Assembly: GCA_951406725.2 (NCBI GenBank) | Contig: OX597821.1 | Location: 10,912,001 to 10,976,000, forward strand | Source: Octopus vulgaris | Lineage: Eukaryota | Reading direction: 5' to 3' | DNA: 64,000 bases | Part shown: one piece after another, positions 13,548 to 27,900 of the stretch | Layout of the letters: each line of letters begins with the position of its first letter | Numbering within the stretch: the first letter of the stretch is position 1 | Position numbers and translations under genes: made by a program | The notes under the pieces: generated by a model | The model's database searches: none | What the model saw: the letters and a program-made list of their open reading frames with translations, nothing else | What the model was told of the DNA's origin: nothing

Positions 13548-14027
13548 TGGGTGTGTGCTAAGAAGTTTGCATTCCAACTATCATGGTTCCCGGTTGAATG
13601 TAACTCCGGAGTAGAAAGCGTCTTCAACTATCGCCTATGACAGACCAGAACCTTGTAAGAGATGAATGTGGTTGACGGAAACTGAAAGAAGCTCGTCGTA
13701 TATGTGTGTGTGTCTGTCTGTCTTTGCTCGTGTGCGTGTTTGTATGTGTATGTGCGTGTGTGGGCATGTGTGTATATTTTGTGGTCATATTTATTTATGT
13801 GTGCTCTGGTGTCTGTGTCTCTGTTTCTCCACCACCGCTGATTGACAACTGGTGATGGTATGTTTACGTCCTGATAACCTAGCGGTTCGGCAAAATTAAC
13901 CAATAATATAAGTATTAGGATTCAAAATAGAAGTTCTAAGTTCGTTCTGTTCCACTAAAACATTCCAAGGCGCTTCCCTAACATGGCCACAGTGAGATGA
14001 CTAAAACAAGTAAAAGAGAAAAGTAAA
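13548..14027 (+). mobile_element. SINE family A, old copy
   Basis: Diverged match to the family A body and tail (gacggaaactgaaagaagc, agcggttcggcaaaa, aaacaagtaaaagag). Confidence 0.8.
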
Positions 14028-14618
14028 ATATATACCTGGTTAAGTATATAAGTTTGTAAGTATGAGTGTATGTACACTAAAAGAAGCAGGCAGAGTGGGA
14101 AGAAAATATCTTCAAATTAGAAAAAGATTAAATGACAAGACGTAAATAGATTGGAGATGAGAATTAAATTTGACTGATAAATAAGTGATGTAAATAAGTG
14201 AAATAGTGATATATTGATTTCTGAATTTTTTCTATAATCAGGCGTGGAATATATCGAATAGTCCTAGAACGGAAATTAAAATAAAAATAGTCCAATGTCT
14301 ACATGACAGAATCAAACATTTTCACAAAGTAAACACTAACCTATGCAACTACCTTACATTAATGTTTAATAGGAAATAAAACCACACCAAATATCTTGGT
14401 GATAACACATTCTGAAAGACAGCCATAGTATTAGCTAAAACTATATAGCATTAACAAAGCAGGATTGATAATTAATGACAGAACATAAAGTTAAGATATC
14501 GATTACAAATACACGCATGTGATGAATATATATCTGTGTGTGTGTGTGTGAGTGTATGTGTTTCTTTGTATGTGGTGTTTGTGCGTGTATGGAGATAGAG
14601 AAAGATAGAGATGGAGAG

Positions 14619-14644
14619 ATAGACAGACAGACAGAAAGACAGAC

Positions 14645-14707
<63 letters not shown>

Positions 14708-14764
14708 ATAATAGATGGATGGATAGACAGATAGATAGATAGATAGATGGATGGATAGACAGAC

Positions 14765-14851
<87 letters not shown>
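14619..14851. repeat. (GATA)n/(GACA)n microsatellite
   Basis: Direct reading. Confidence 0.95.
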
Positions 14852-14852
<1 letters not shown>

Positions 14853-15099
14853 TCAATATATGTAGACTCAACAGAAATGTACACCATCCATTGGGAAATA
14901 AATATCAATTTAATACACATCTGAAAGAGCTGCCGAACATTTCAAGCTTTTATTACAACTTAACTCTATATAATTATATAATGCGCCATGTATATTCAAG
15001 AAATCATTCAGACCCTGTTTATACCTTACATATTACAACTTTACAATTAAAAATATAGATCACAGAAATAAATATAAAAATTGATATTGGATATCAATT

Positions 15100-15860
15100 T
15101 AGTTCCCTTTTTTCTGAATGTTAAGAATACCGTAGGCAAGAAATTCCAATCTCGTTTAGATAAACGTTTCCCAATAAATGGAAAATTCTGGAAGAGGAAG
15201 AATTTTAACAACCGCCTGATTAAGAATTGATACAGCTGTTGTTCCAATATGAAGGAAAATGTTATCTTGTAAAAATGGCAGAACGCCCACTTCCATTTGT
15301 AGATGTGAAGACCTTGGAATTTGCACACTAGATCCAACAATTCCAACGCACTGCTTAATTCCCGATCTGAAACTGTTACCAGATTTAAACACATGGACAG
15401 ATTTTCCTTCTTGAATATTAGGGCGCGTTCCGGATTCAGTTGCTGCCTTGTAAACTCTCACAAATATTCTGTTATTTTGTTTTACATCAGCTGTTTTCTT
15501 CTACGACGGTGATCTTAATTCTCTTGGTTTCGTTCCTGTTTTTCTTGTTCCATTTTTGTCTATGATATTTCATCGCATTTCCGAATATTACTTCTTATTT
15601 TCTCACTGTCCAGTGTCCAGACTTAATTATTGTTAGCAGATTCAAGACCTCCTTTATATATATATGAACTTCAGCTTTATCACAATCTTCGGCGTGAAAT
15701 AGATTTCTGACCATTTTAACAGTTCGTTTAGGGCTTAATATTGAATTAAGAATGATCAGAACCCAAAGATATTCAAAAGTCGGTCCAACAACTATTGTAT
15801 TTCCTTAATGCAGAAGGCCAGCTATTTTCACAGGTAGAATCTATTCAAAATCCTCAGCTT
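15100..15860 (-). mobile_element. HERO/NeSL-like REL non-LTR remnant (region N-terminal to and starting the RT)
   Basis: Frames give EFTRQQLNPERA..KKENL..L..VSDRE and GV.PF....IG..AVSILNQAVVKIL...NIQKKG. These resemble the FTKQLL.QERSG and ISLLNVEGKIF..SIQKGG motifs. Confidence 0.5.
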
Positions 15861-16008
15861 CTCTTTGACTGTTACATTAGGTTTTCGAACCCAAAACGAT
15901 GGAAGCAAAGTTGACCACGCTGTCTTTTAAATTTAGAAAGTAAAGAGACGGATGAGATGATGCAAAATATTCTGTCCAAGGAGCTAACATCTCTGCCAGC
16001 CCGCTGCT

Positions 16009-16081
<73 letters not shown>

Positions 16082-16199
16082 CAGAAGAAGAAGAAGATCA
16101 ACAACAAAAACGACAACCAAACTTTTGTACAGAGAATGATTGAATTTACCTAATAATTAGTAATGACTTTCTGCCTAGAAAAATGTTATAAATTACTCT

Positions 16200-17960
16200 T
16201 GGAAAAAGGAAACTAATTAAGATTGAAAATATCACACTATATAAAGTAGCATAAATAAGAGACCAAACCCAGACATTCCAGTACTTAGGACGCAATCAAC
16301 TAGATAGCTTACAGCAGACACAAATGAAATAGAAGATGAAGAATGAATATTATATTCGATTTAGATTAATACTTAAAACAGATGTCAATGTGGAAAATAT
16401 GATAGTAGTTATCAATATTCTTGATGCTTCATTTGAAAGTTACAGTTACAATATTCTTAACTGGATACTAAATGAACTATCCAATCTAGATGGGAAAAAT
16501 AGAAAAATAATGATCATACTGTAATAATGATTAATAATGATCATATAGGCGCAGGAGTGGCTGTGTGGTAAGTAGCTTGCTAACCAACCACATCGTTCCG
16601 GGTTTAGTCCCACTGCGTGGCATCTTGGGCAAGTGTCTTCTGCTATAGCCCCGGGCCGACCAATGCCTTCTGAATGGATTTGGTAGCCGGAAACTGAAAG
16701 AAGCCTGTCGTATATATGTATATATATATAAGTGTGTGTGTATATGTTTGTGTGTCTGTGTTTGTTCCCCTAGCATTGCTTGACAACCGATGCTGGTGTG
16801 TTTACGTCCCCGTCACTTAGCGGTTCGGCAAAAGAGACCGATAGAATAAGTACTGGACTTATAAAGACTAAGTCCCGGGGTCGATTTGCTCGACTAAAGG
16901 CGGTGCTCCAGCATGGCCGCAGTCAAATGGCTGAAACAAGTAAAAGAGTATACTAAAGATTTGGCATCGAAATATTATATACAACGAACTGAATTTGTTA
17001 TACGCTTATACAACTAGTAAACTACAATAGAATATTCACCATAGGGCTACATATATATCTATGTCAGAGCCAAAGGAAAATGAATCAAATAGTACAAAGC
17101 ATGCTCAAAGCAAAAATTAAATGTCTTCAAGAAAACCAAAGATATACGACGAAGCCATTTTACCCGTTAACAATGAGAAAAAAAATTATAAACACCTAAA
17201 TTGGTTAAACTGCTTAGATCTAAGCTAAAACTGAGGCTACAACATACCAAGATAAAATGATAGCCACAAAAGCTCATATATGGAAAATATTGGGATAATC
17301 AAATCAGAAAAGAAATAGACAAAATTAAATCCTGCCCTTTGCTGAGTAGGGTTTTTTATTGCGGCACAAGTTCAGAGCCTCCCCATCAAATATCACCAAG
17401 AAATATTATGAAGAAAAATACAATAAGTGCAGAATATGGGGTGATTGAGTATAAAACAACAAACCATATTGCCTAATTGTCCAGTTTTGTCCAAGAGAGA
17501 ATACATCAACAGAGTTGGAATTTATATACACTGAAAGATATGCCAGCAAAACGTAATGACAACAGGAAAAAGACACCATGGGCCTATCTCTGAAATGGTC
17601 CCATAAAATGACAAAGCAACTATTCTTTTGGATATATCTACACACACACAGTAATCATGGCTAAAGACAAGATACAGTTGTTAGAGACAATCAAGAAAAT
17701 GCCTTCTAATCGAAATATCAGTCCCCCCAAAAAACAAAGTATCTCTGCAAGGTACAGATAGTCTCTCGAAAGATAAAGATCTAAAACAAAATATCAGGAC
17801 TTACGAATAAATATAACTAATAGATACTATTACCGCTAGTCATCGCAACCATTTTACGTGCATCCCTTTTGATAGAGTAAAAATAATAGGATTAAGGCAA
17901 ACCACATCACATAACGAAGGTACGCAGAACTACGTCCAATAGTGCAGTGAAACTCATAAG
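16200..17960 (+). mobile_element. R4/Dong-like remnant interrupted by SINE A
   Basis: ORF 16336-16524 gives KNEYYIRFRLILKTDVNVENMIVVINIL...YSYNILNW..ELSNLDGKNRK. Later frames give NKCRI and RVGIYIH.KICQ. Confidence 0.65.
16548..16950 (+). mobile_element. SINE family A
   Basis: Near-identical to 29189-29592. Confidence 0.92.
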
Positions 17961-18109
17961 ATAAATATAACTGAAGTACCAGGTAGTGCTTCTCATTTGC
18001 TTGACATTAACATGTTGAGCATGTGCCTTAGTTGCTGACAATAGATGCATCTCTGACCACGATTAACAGAATTGGGAAAGTATCATATATAATTATAATA
18101 ATAATAATT

Positions 18110-18300
18110 TGTGTACAAGGTCAGCAATTTTCAGGTAGGGGTAAATGGATTACATCGACCCAAGTGCTCGACTGGTACTTAATTTATCGAAATAAAGAAA
18201 GGTGCCGTCTACAGTGGCAGACTTGAACTGAGAATGAAAAGACACACGAAACGCCGATAAGGATTTTCCCCAGCGTGCTAACGATTCTGCCAGCTCACAA
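18110..18300 (-). mobile_element. SINE family B
   Basis: gattacatcgaccc..ctggtacttaatttatcga..gctaacgattctgccagctc, flanked by AAT repeats. Confidence 0.7.
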
Positions 18301-18704
18301 TAATAAAGAGGATGGCGATGACATTTAAAATTTTGGCACAAGGCCAGCAATCTGAGTATATCAACCACATGTAGGGTGGGCAGCTTTTGCACTCAAGTTG
18401 AAGAGTTGAAAGAAATAATGCTAAGCGTTTTCTTCCGACGCGTCAGATAAAAAGCAATTCAAATACCATGTCGTAACCAAAGAGCTAAAGCGTTTTGGGA
18501 AGGCTAAAATGGCAATTGCATATGAGGTAAATGGCACAATGCATAAAACGCTATTTAAGAAAGTGAAAGTACCTTCCTATTTTCTGTAAGAATTTCTCAG
18601 AAAGATTTTTTGAGATTTACGAAGACTTATTGTCAACAAACCTGAAGAAGACACTCCAGCTAAACAAATTAGCAAGTACCATCTTATCAACAAAAAGAAG
18701 AAAA

Positions 18705-18761
<57 letters not shown>

Positions 18762-18988
18762 GTGAAACGAACAAAAGACAAAGCGATAAGAAACAAAGTA
18801 CGACAGAAACCATATAAGCTTCTGAAATTTTCAACAAGATAGGAAAACAATTTAAAATTAAAGAACCTCGCCGATAACATCAACAATCTATATATGAAGA
18901 TAAGCTACACTGAGAAATAAACCTATTTACTGAGAGAAAGAAGAGCAGGTGTAATAAAAACATGGAAGTCTACAAACGAAGCGGCACA

Positions 18989-18993
<5 letters not shown>

Positions 18994-19069
<76 letters not shown>

Positions 19070-19109
19070 CATATATATATATATATATTTATATACATGT
19101 ATATATATA

Positions 19110-19140
<31 letters not shown>

Positions 19141-19225
19141 AATATATATATATATATTTATATATAAATATATATATATATATTTATGTATATATATATA
19201 TATATGTATGTATATATATATATAT
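18994..19225. repeat. (TA)n tract, left flank of the PLE insertion
   Basis: Direct reading. Confidence 0.95.
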
Positions 19226-19699
19226 ATAAGTAAGGAAAAATTTTTTTTAAAAATGCAGAATGCTCAAATGAAATAAAATTTTAATAAAATGAGAAAATGA
19301 TAAAATATATAAATATATATATTTATTCAACCGGTTTTCGTCAATGTATGACTTGTCAAGAATATTTATGTTTTAAGAAGTTTTTTTGAAAATTAGAAAG
19401 GGGAAAAAAAGAAAATTGCAATGTTTTTTGTAAAAGAATAATGATAAAAATGTACAAAAATTAAAAAATAAGTTCTCCGATACATTGTGAGTTCGTTGTG
19501 TATCTTGAGTTTTATGGTTGTTTACCAAAAAGTTACCTTGAGGTGTTAAGATCCAAAGGGATTAAGAGCATGTGATGTGTTGTGTTGTTGAATACAGCAT
19601 GTTGCAGGACAGGAAGTAGTAGTAATTGTGGTCCTGGTTCTTCAGTTCCTGTGTTGTGAGTAAGGGGAGAAAACTCTTTTGAGTTCTTCAATAAAACCC
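19226..19699 (-). repeat. 3' pseudo-LTR (sense to ORF)
   Basis: Reverse complement of 21513-21983. By eye the copies differ only by 3 nt of homopolymer length. Confidence 0.95.
19324..19364 (-). ncRNA. Minimal hammerhead motif, U3-A8 variant, in the 3' pLTR
   Basis: - strand: tattc-TTGACAA-gtca-tacat-tgac-GAAA-accggTT-gaata. Confidence 0.7.
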
Positions 19700-20001
19700 A
19701 AATTATAAAACTATCATTTTAGCTTCATTTGCATTATCTTTTTTATATATAATTGCTTGTTAACTTAACTTTCAGATTTTAACACTTTATTTATATTATT
19801 TTCTAATAATATAAAACTGCATAGACAATTGCATTTCAAATTGTCATATCATTTATAATAAAAATGATAGTAGTAACAACAACAATAGTGAAAATGATAT
19901 TTAAAGAATATAAGTTTTAGCTTGAAGTGGTGAATGCATGGTATCTTTATATATTTGTGTTAGTCCATCCATGAAGAGTGAGGTAGAGAAAGGAAGTTTG
20001 A

Positions 20002-21512
20002 TCAACGAGGAGTTTGCATATTAAGTTGTGTTTGGAATTTTTCAATAAAGAGATTCTCCTTGTTAATTCTCTCCTGTGTGGTGATCCCGTCTTTACATTG
20101 GTAGAAGGGGAATATATAGAATTTGGGGTTTAAGTCTTTGGCACATGAGTCTAAGTGGTCACTCAGTGGAATTTGTCGGTATTCCGGGAGATTTATTTGT
20201 TCTTTATGCACCGTTACTCGTTTACGTAACGGGAGACTCGTTTGTCCCACATAATTATGTTGGCAACCAGCGCATGTGAGAACGTAGATAAGGTTCTCGG
20301 AGGAACAGGAGAAGTTAGTCTTGATTTTAAACTTCGTACCTTGTTTGAAGGTAAATTCAGAGCCTTCAAGTAGAAAGGGGCAGGTACCACAGTTTGAGCG
20401 TGCACATTTTTTTACTGTTGGGGGTGGATGTGGTGTGTGAAGTTTGGCATTTGTCAAGAGTTTTTTTAAAGATTTGTGTTGCCTTTTGCATTTGAGGATT
20501 TTGTGTGTATTTATAATGTTTTTCATTTTTGGGTCTGTTGACAGTAGACTGAGGTTTTGTATGATTGTGGTGTATGCTTCGATATTTTTGGGGTTGTGGG
20601 TGGAAATGTATGGAAGTATTTTGAGGTTGTGTGTGGTGTTAGGTTGGGTGGTTTTCAGTGTAGTGTTGTCTAGTTCTTTGGCGCGTTTTATTCCATACTC
20701 TATAAGGGTGGAGGGATATTGACGTTGTAATAGTGTTTTTTTGAGGTCTTGAAGGCGTATTTCTCGTGTTTTTGGATCCGAGACAATGGTGCATACCCTT
20801 TTAGCTAAATTGAAAGGGATATTTGTCTTGGTGTGTTTTGGGTGGCATGAACTAAAGAGGAGGTATTGTTGTGAGTCTGTAGGTTTGTGGTAGATGTCTG
20901 TTATGATTTGGTTCTTAGGTGTTTTTATAATTAGGAGATCAAGGAATGGGAGATGATGTTTGCTAAATTCCATAGTGAATTGGATGTTGGGATGTATGTT
21001 GTTTAGTATGGTTTTGAATTCCAGGAGTTTATCATAAGGTTCTTTCCATATGATGAAACAATCATCTAAATACCTTTTCCAGTTTTCCATTAGGTAGGTG
21101 TGGAAAACATGTCCAAATTTCTGGCTTGATATTTCATAGAGTGACAGTTCGAAGTAACCCATTATGAGGTTCGCAAGGACTGGTGCAGCCTTGGTACCCA
21201 TCGCAATGCCACATTTTTGACGGTAGTGTGTGTCGTCGAAGAGAAAAAAATTGTTTGTCAGAATGAACTTAAGAGATTCTGTAATAAAAGACTTGTTAAT
21301 GCGGTCAGGGAATGTCTCTGGGTGTTTTTCTAGCCAGAAGTCAATTGCCTCTATACCATACTCATGTGGAATGTTGGTGTAGAGGTTGATGACATCAAAG
21401 GATACCAGGAGTGCCCCCTCGTTAACTGTTTTCGGGAGGTGTTTGAGCATGTCCAGATCATCCCTAATGAAACTTTTGATGTGGGTAAGGAAAGGTTTCA
21501 AAAGGATGTCTA
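20002..21512 (-). CDS. PLE reverse transcriptase + GIY-YIG endonuclease, N-terminally truncated
   Basis: RT motifs LVSFDVINLYTNIP, QKCGIAMGT..AP.LANL.M, WKRYLDD, LPFLD and DIYHKPT..SSCHP. Linker KCARSNCGTC. Endonuclease LIYVLTCAGCQHNYVGQT..RKRVTVH..SDH..E. The frame is open up to the inverted-repeat junction (LDILLKPF), so the listed start is a TTG, not a true start. Confidence 0.92.
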
Positions 21513-22025
21513 GGGTTTTATTGAAGAACTCAAAAGAGTTTTCTCCCCTTACTCACAACACAGGAACTGAAGAACCAGGACCACAATTACTACTACTTCC
21601 TGTCCTGCAACATGCTGTATTCAACAACACAACACATCACATGCTCTTAATCCCTTTGGATCTTAACACCTCAAGGTAACTTTTTGGTAAACAACCATAA
21701 AACTCAAGATACACAACGAACTCACAATGTATCGGAGAACTTATTTTTTAATTTTTGTACATTTTTATCATTATTCTTTTACAAAAACATTGCAATTTTC
21801 TTTTTTTCCCCTTTCTAATTTTCAAAAAAACTTCTTAAAACATAAATATTCTTGACAAGTCATACATTGACGAAAACCGGTTGAATAAATATATATATTT
21901 ATATATTTTATCATTTTCTCATTTTATTAAAATTTTATTTCATTTGAGCATTCTGCATTTTTAAAAAATTTTTCCTTACTTATCATTTCTCCACGTGCGG
22001 TCAACACAACCCCACCATTTATTGA

Positions 22026-22027
<2 letters not shown>
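21513..22027 (+). repeat. Inverted 5' pseudo-LTR plus unique tail
   Basis: Inverted copy of 19226-19699 followed by catttctccacgtgcggtcaacacaaccccaccatttattgatc. Confidence 0.95.
21847..21887 (+). ncRNA. Minimal hammerhead motif, U3-A8 variant, in the inverted pLTR
   Basis: tattc-TTGACAA-gtca-tacat-tgac-GAAA-accggTT-gaata. Stem I is tattc/gaata and stem II is gtca/tgac. Confidence 0.7.
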
Positions 22028-22850
<823 letters not shown>

Positions 22851-23169
22851 AAGATGTGGCGCTTGTGTGAATACATTTAATCAGAATCACCCAAACTAAA
22901 TACTTTACCAAGTAAACGGGAAAACATCAGGTGCATGGTGATGCTATCGTGATAAACAAACACACACACACACGCATACACACACACACAAAAGAATATT
23001 ACATTCCATGAGAAAGGAGTTTACGCAGTAACTATAATGGTAATAGGAGTAATGAGGCTGTATCTGAAAGGGTAGACCTCTCGCTAGGCTGTTTTCAGGA
23101 CAGATACAGACGAATCTCAGTCGCTATTCTAAGAAGACAGCTTCACTATATAATAGAGTAATTAAGAGG

Positions 23170-26075
23170 AAATGGAGAAGGAAAGAGTCTTGAAGCCGTG
23201 TTACTTGAAAAGTGAACCCAAAGTAAGTTATTAAAGGAGACGTAGTTAAAGAACTCTATATTTGGCAAACCAAAGAAGTGACTAGTGGACCAGCCTAACA
23301 TTAAGTGGTTAACAGAGTTAGAAGTACAAGATATCGCAAGATTATTATAAAAGATTATTATAAAAGAAAAACCAAGACGAGGAGTAATCAGGATCGATTA
23401 GTGATATAGTTCAAGCCAAGGAACAAGATTCTACAGGAATAATTAGTAGCACTACGATTGATGCACCATAAAGGAGGAAGATCAGACGATGCTAGATGAT
23501 TTTCAGGAACAAATGAATAGGGAAAAAGGAAAAAGATTACCGGAATTAAACGATGTTAATAGAAGGAAGTTTCTAGATATAACAGAAAGTAGATTTTATT
23601 ACCTGTGGGATTCATACTAAAAATATAGATGATACTAAGTACCTCATATATGTTGCAGGAGTTGTATTTACTATGAAACTGTTTATCGCGCTTTTCTATT
23701 TTTCCTTAATGAAAGATTAGGAAGGCGCTGATATGGTAAAGGAGATTAGAAAATAAAGACTTAATCACAAGACTTGTGTAGAGGAGAAGCCGGAAAACTG
23801 GACAAGATGAGAAAGATGAATTAAATCTACCCTTGAGAAGACATACTCAGTCAAAGATAACTGATTTGTGAAAGCCATGTAAGAGCGTATTTTAGCGATA
23901 ACATGTAAGCTTTCAAGATATCAGAAATTAATATATCAGTATTAACAGAACAGATTGTTTGAGATAGACCAGAAAAGATTTTATAACCAAATATATATTA
24001 TCGAAGAAATTAGTGAATATGAAAAGTTCAGTACTGGGGTGATATTTAGGATACCCTAGTTAGTGAAAAGCAGTCAAATCTGAAAGTAGCTAGTGCATTA
24101 ATAAGCAAAGTGTGAGGAAGAATGCCGAACTGGACGGCCCATGACTGGATTTAGTTCAAGGATATTGGTTAAGGAAATATGGTACATAGAGTACCGAGAG
24201 AACTGTTTCAGGATTGCTTGAATGGGAGAGCCATACCTACTTGGGTGATTAAAAGGAGAACATTACTTATGAAAGACAAAAACAGATATGATATAGCTAA
24301 TAATTATTGACAAACACTTGTTTACAATTAGTTTGTAGCTACAAGTAGCAATGTCCTCAGAAACAATATATAAGCATGGTGAAAGCCAGAATTAACTTCT
24401 ACGAGAAAAGAAAGGTTGCAGAAAGAAGGCCACAGAAATGCATGATCTATTACGCATAGATAAAGCAGTTCTAAAAGAAGTGAATTATAGAAACCAAAAT
24501 TTAACAATGACATGTATAGATTATGAGAAATTATATGACATGTTTCCACACTCATGGATTAGTGACCTCTTGACTATATTCAGTATTTAAGACATCGTAA
24601 TATATTTAATTATACATAGCATAACGAAATAGAAAGCAGATTTCACTCCAGTAATACAAAAAAATAACGCAAGAAATGTTAATATGAAGAGAAGAATTTT
24701 CCAGTGTAACATGTTAACCTTTTTAATATTTGTGTTAAGTGTAAGATCTCTCAGTTTAGGATTAAGAAAGGCAAAAACGTGATATATGTTTAGAGATAGA
24801 AAAGGAAAAAAAATTAACTATTAGCACTATATTGATGTAAAACGCGTCATCAAAAATATAGATATGGAATTTGACAAAGATAAGTGCGCAATATTAGTAA
24901 TTAAAAATCAGTTATCAGATGGCCAGAGAATATTGAGAAAGAGCACAGCAAATGTGGAGGAAGGGTGAAGTCAAAGCTAAACGAACCGATTATTGTGAAG
25001 GCTGTAAATACTTGGGCAGAGTCGTTACTTATATATTGAGCAGCTTTTGTAGATTAGGTAAAATCTGAATTAGCAAATTTAAACAGAAGACCTAAGAAGG
25101 AATTCAATATGAATGGATGACATCTTCCGGAAGCAAGAGTAGTAAGAGCGTATTTACATATAAATAAAAGTGGCAGAAAGTTATAAGACTGTATGGGTTA
25201 GAGTAAATACAGTCTCTTATGTAAGCATTAGGGAGGACATTTTATTAAGAGCTGCTAGAGTAACAGTAAGAGATGAAGGAACAAAAAACTCAAAAGCTGG
25301 ACAAAAGAAGTGAGATTATCAGACCGGCAAGAGACGGCTTCACATGATAGGTTTCCAAAAATACTTACAGAAAATAGTAGTAGTGAGACATGGTTGTGCT
25401 TGCAGAAAGAAACATGTTAAAATAGAGATTGAATGACTGTTAGTAGCAGCAAAGACCAGCATAGAGATCTCAGGGAATAAACACTAAGATAACTGCAACA
25501 GAGCTATGAAGAAATTGTTATATAGATAGCGAACACAGTATACTGACACAGAAGGAATACAAGGAAAAAACATGGTATCCTAGGGGAAATTATTCACTGG
25601 AATCTATGTAGAAAGTTGGAGTTTCGGAATATTGATAGGTAGTATGAGCCTGAAACTACCGAACAGCTAGAAATTAAGGACTATATGATGTTGCAGGGTT
25701 TTATAATCCTGCAATAGAAACTAAGATGCTTGATTTAGTTGTAATAGACAACGGGGCGAGAAACTGAAAGGCAAATGATTTTATAGTCCCAAATGAAAAG
25801 GAAGTAAATAATGAGAGGAAGTAAATAACGATCAGAACTTAGCCATTGAGTTACAAAGGCTGACGAAAATGCGGACAACATACTTCCCTATAGTTATAAG
25901 TGCATGAAGAACTTGTGTATAGGTTTCAATAGACGGATAAAAGAAATAGGCATAAAATCTAGTTCAGTGAAGGTAAAAAATAGTATTATTAGTTATAACA
26001 CTAAGAAAGCTTTTTTAATATCTAAGGTTATTTGAAGTAGGCCGATGCTAGGATTTTTTTCCGTGTCAAATCTGC
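23170..26075 (+). mobile_element. Long degraded R4/Dong-like retrotransposon (RT + REL)
   Basis: Broken frames give DQKRFYNQ, PNWTA, KGCRK, IDKAVLK, IDY.K.YD..PHSWI, RRIFQ, DIDMEFDKDKCA, IIHWNLCRK and DLVVIDN. The 3'UTR (taaggtta..gtaggccgatgctaggat) resembles that at 338-390. Confidence 0.8.
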
Positions 26076-27067
26076 TATGCGTAAATGAAGTGATAAAAAT
26101 ATAGTGCTGATGTTTAATGATAAGGAAAAGAAAAGGAGGAGAGGATCTCTCTACTTTGCAATTATTTCCTTTATTAAAATATCTCAGCTGTGTTTCGTTG
26201 CATGTGTTTTTCAATTCCATCGTTTTTGTATTTTCTTCCATTGATTCAGTAGTAATGCAACACAGGAGAAACCTAACGGAATCCATTATATTGTTTCGAA
26301 GAATACACTCTTCTGTTAATATGATGTTTTTCCATTACTTATAGATATGAAGGGATGATTCGAAGAATTGCATAGGATAATACCAATAGATTTACATCCT
26401 TGCAAATAATAGAAATAACAAAAATTAAAAGTCTTCTCGTTCTTTTTTAAATCCGATGGGAGTATGTAATGAGAAAAGACAGAATGAGAATATATAAAAA
26501 CGTTGGATATGAGTGAGAAAATAGAAAAACTAAAATGCTTTGACGTGGTAAGATCATAAAAGAATTGAAGAGAAATGAAATAATAGCTATTAAGATATAA
26601 AAAGGTGGGATAGATATAAAAAACAAAATTATTGAATTATATTTCTTGGCAATTTATGAATCATTTCTAACCTTGGCGTTGTTGGAACTTATGTATGAGC
26701 TGGTCCGGTAACCGATTCCAAGTGAACTTTGGTAATACATTATTGTAGATAGTTTAATGTAATTCTGAAGAGTTCTGAAAAACATGCAAAGCATAAAAAC
26801 TATAGCAATTGAAACGTAATATACGTAGTCAAAATTACATATAAATATACAACAACATTCATTACGTTCAAAAGCAAATAATCGCAGACATATACGTGTG
26901 CATAGATACTTACGTGTATTTGCGTTTACACACACACACACACACATATAGATATACATATATACATATAGATATATATGCATATATAATGTATATGTTC
27001 ACATATAAATATACATATATATATACATGTATATATATGTATATGCATGGATATTTATATGTGTGTG

Positions 27068-27131
<64 letters not shown>

Positions 27132-27149
27132 CTTCCTTGATAAAGACCC

Positions 27150-27900
27150 ACACTGGTGAATATACTTCAGCACATCTGTTGTCTTTTAACGAATGGGATG
27201 GACGTCTAAGCTAGTTTAAACATTTACTGCTTTGCTGTATGGCGTTATTTCAAATTACAAATATTGAAGATTTGTAATTAGAGAAAGAGACTTATTTCCT
27301 CTCTAGTATGGGTATAAGAAACCATTGGCAAAAGCTCTCTCGTTAAGCGCAGTACTGTTGGATGACTGAGCATTGTTGATGGCTTTCCGTCGAAAAACAC
27401 ACAAAGAGCAACAACAGTTTTTCTACTGAGGGCAGTTTGCGCAATCGTATTACGAACCACTTTCTAATGTTCTTCGATAAACATTAACGGTGGAGTAGTG
27501 CAGGGCCCATGCTGAGTTTTAACAAAAAGTCACAGAACGGCTAGCAAATCAACTGCTGTGTCTTTTTGCTAGTTTTTCCTGTGGCAAAAATGCTATTTAA
27601 CAACAGGACAACATACACTTGGGGAATATGTTTCAAGAAAACTTTATGCTTTACTATCATTTCTTGTTGATATCAACGTCTAAAGAACTGAAAGCTTAGG
27701 TTATGGCTTCTAAGCTGTGATCTAAACAATGCAGAACGAAACAAGTTTCTCATCCAGGATCTAAAGACTAATTAACTGGAAAACAGTTAAGAACAACAAC
27801 ATTAAAACTAAACTTCGTTCAAGCTGTCAATACAAAGAAAGCATTATCAGATTCTAGCAAATCAGCATTCGGTGGAATTACAAATGACGCGTGAGAATAC
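27150..27900 (-). mobile_element. CR1/Jockey/L2-type LINE RT remnant
   Basis: ORF 27278-27460 (ALCVFFDGKPSTMLSH..L) resembles .F.D..KAFD.V.H. An upstream QHG motif is present. Confidence 0.45.

Larger units (their letters stand above)
19226..22027 (-). mobile_element. Young, 5'-truncated Penelope-like retroelement (Neptune-type) with inverted pseudo-LTRs, inserted in (TA)n
   Basis: Open RT+GIY-YIG ORF. Inverted repeats at 19226-19699 and 21513-21983. A 44-nt tail (21984-22027) is on one copy only. TA tracts lie on both sides. Confidence 0.93.

Noticed and set aside
19226-21983. DNA-transposon TIRs
   Set aside because: The repeats flank an RT/GIY-YIG ORF, truncate it and contain HHRs, so they are PLE inverted pseudo-LTRs.
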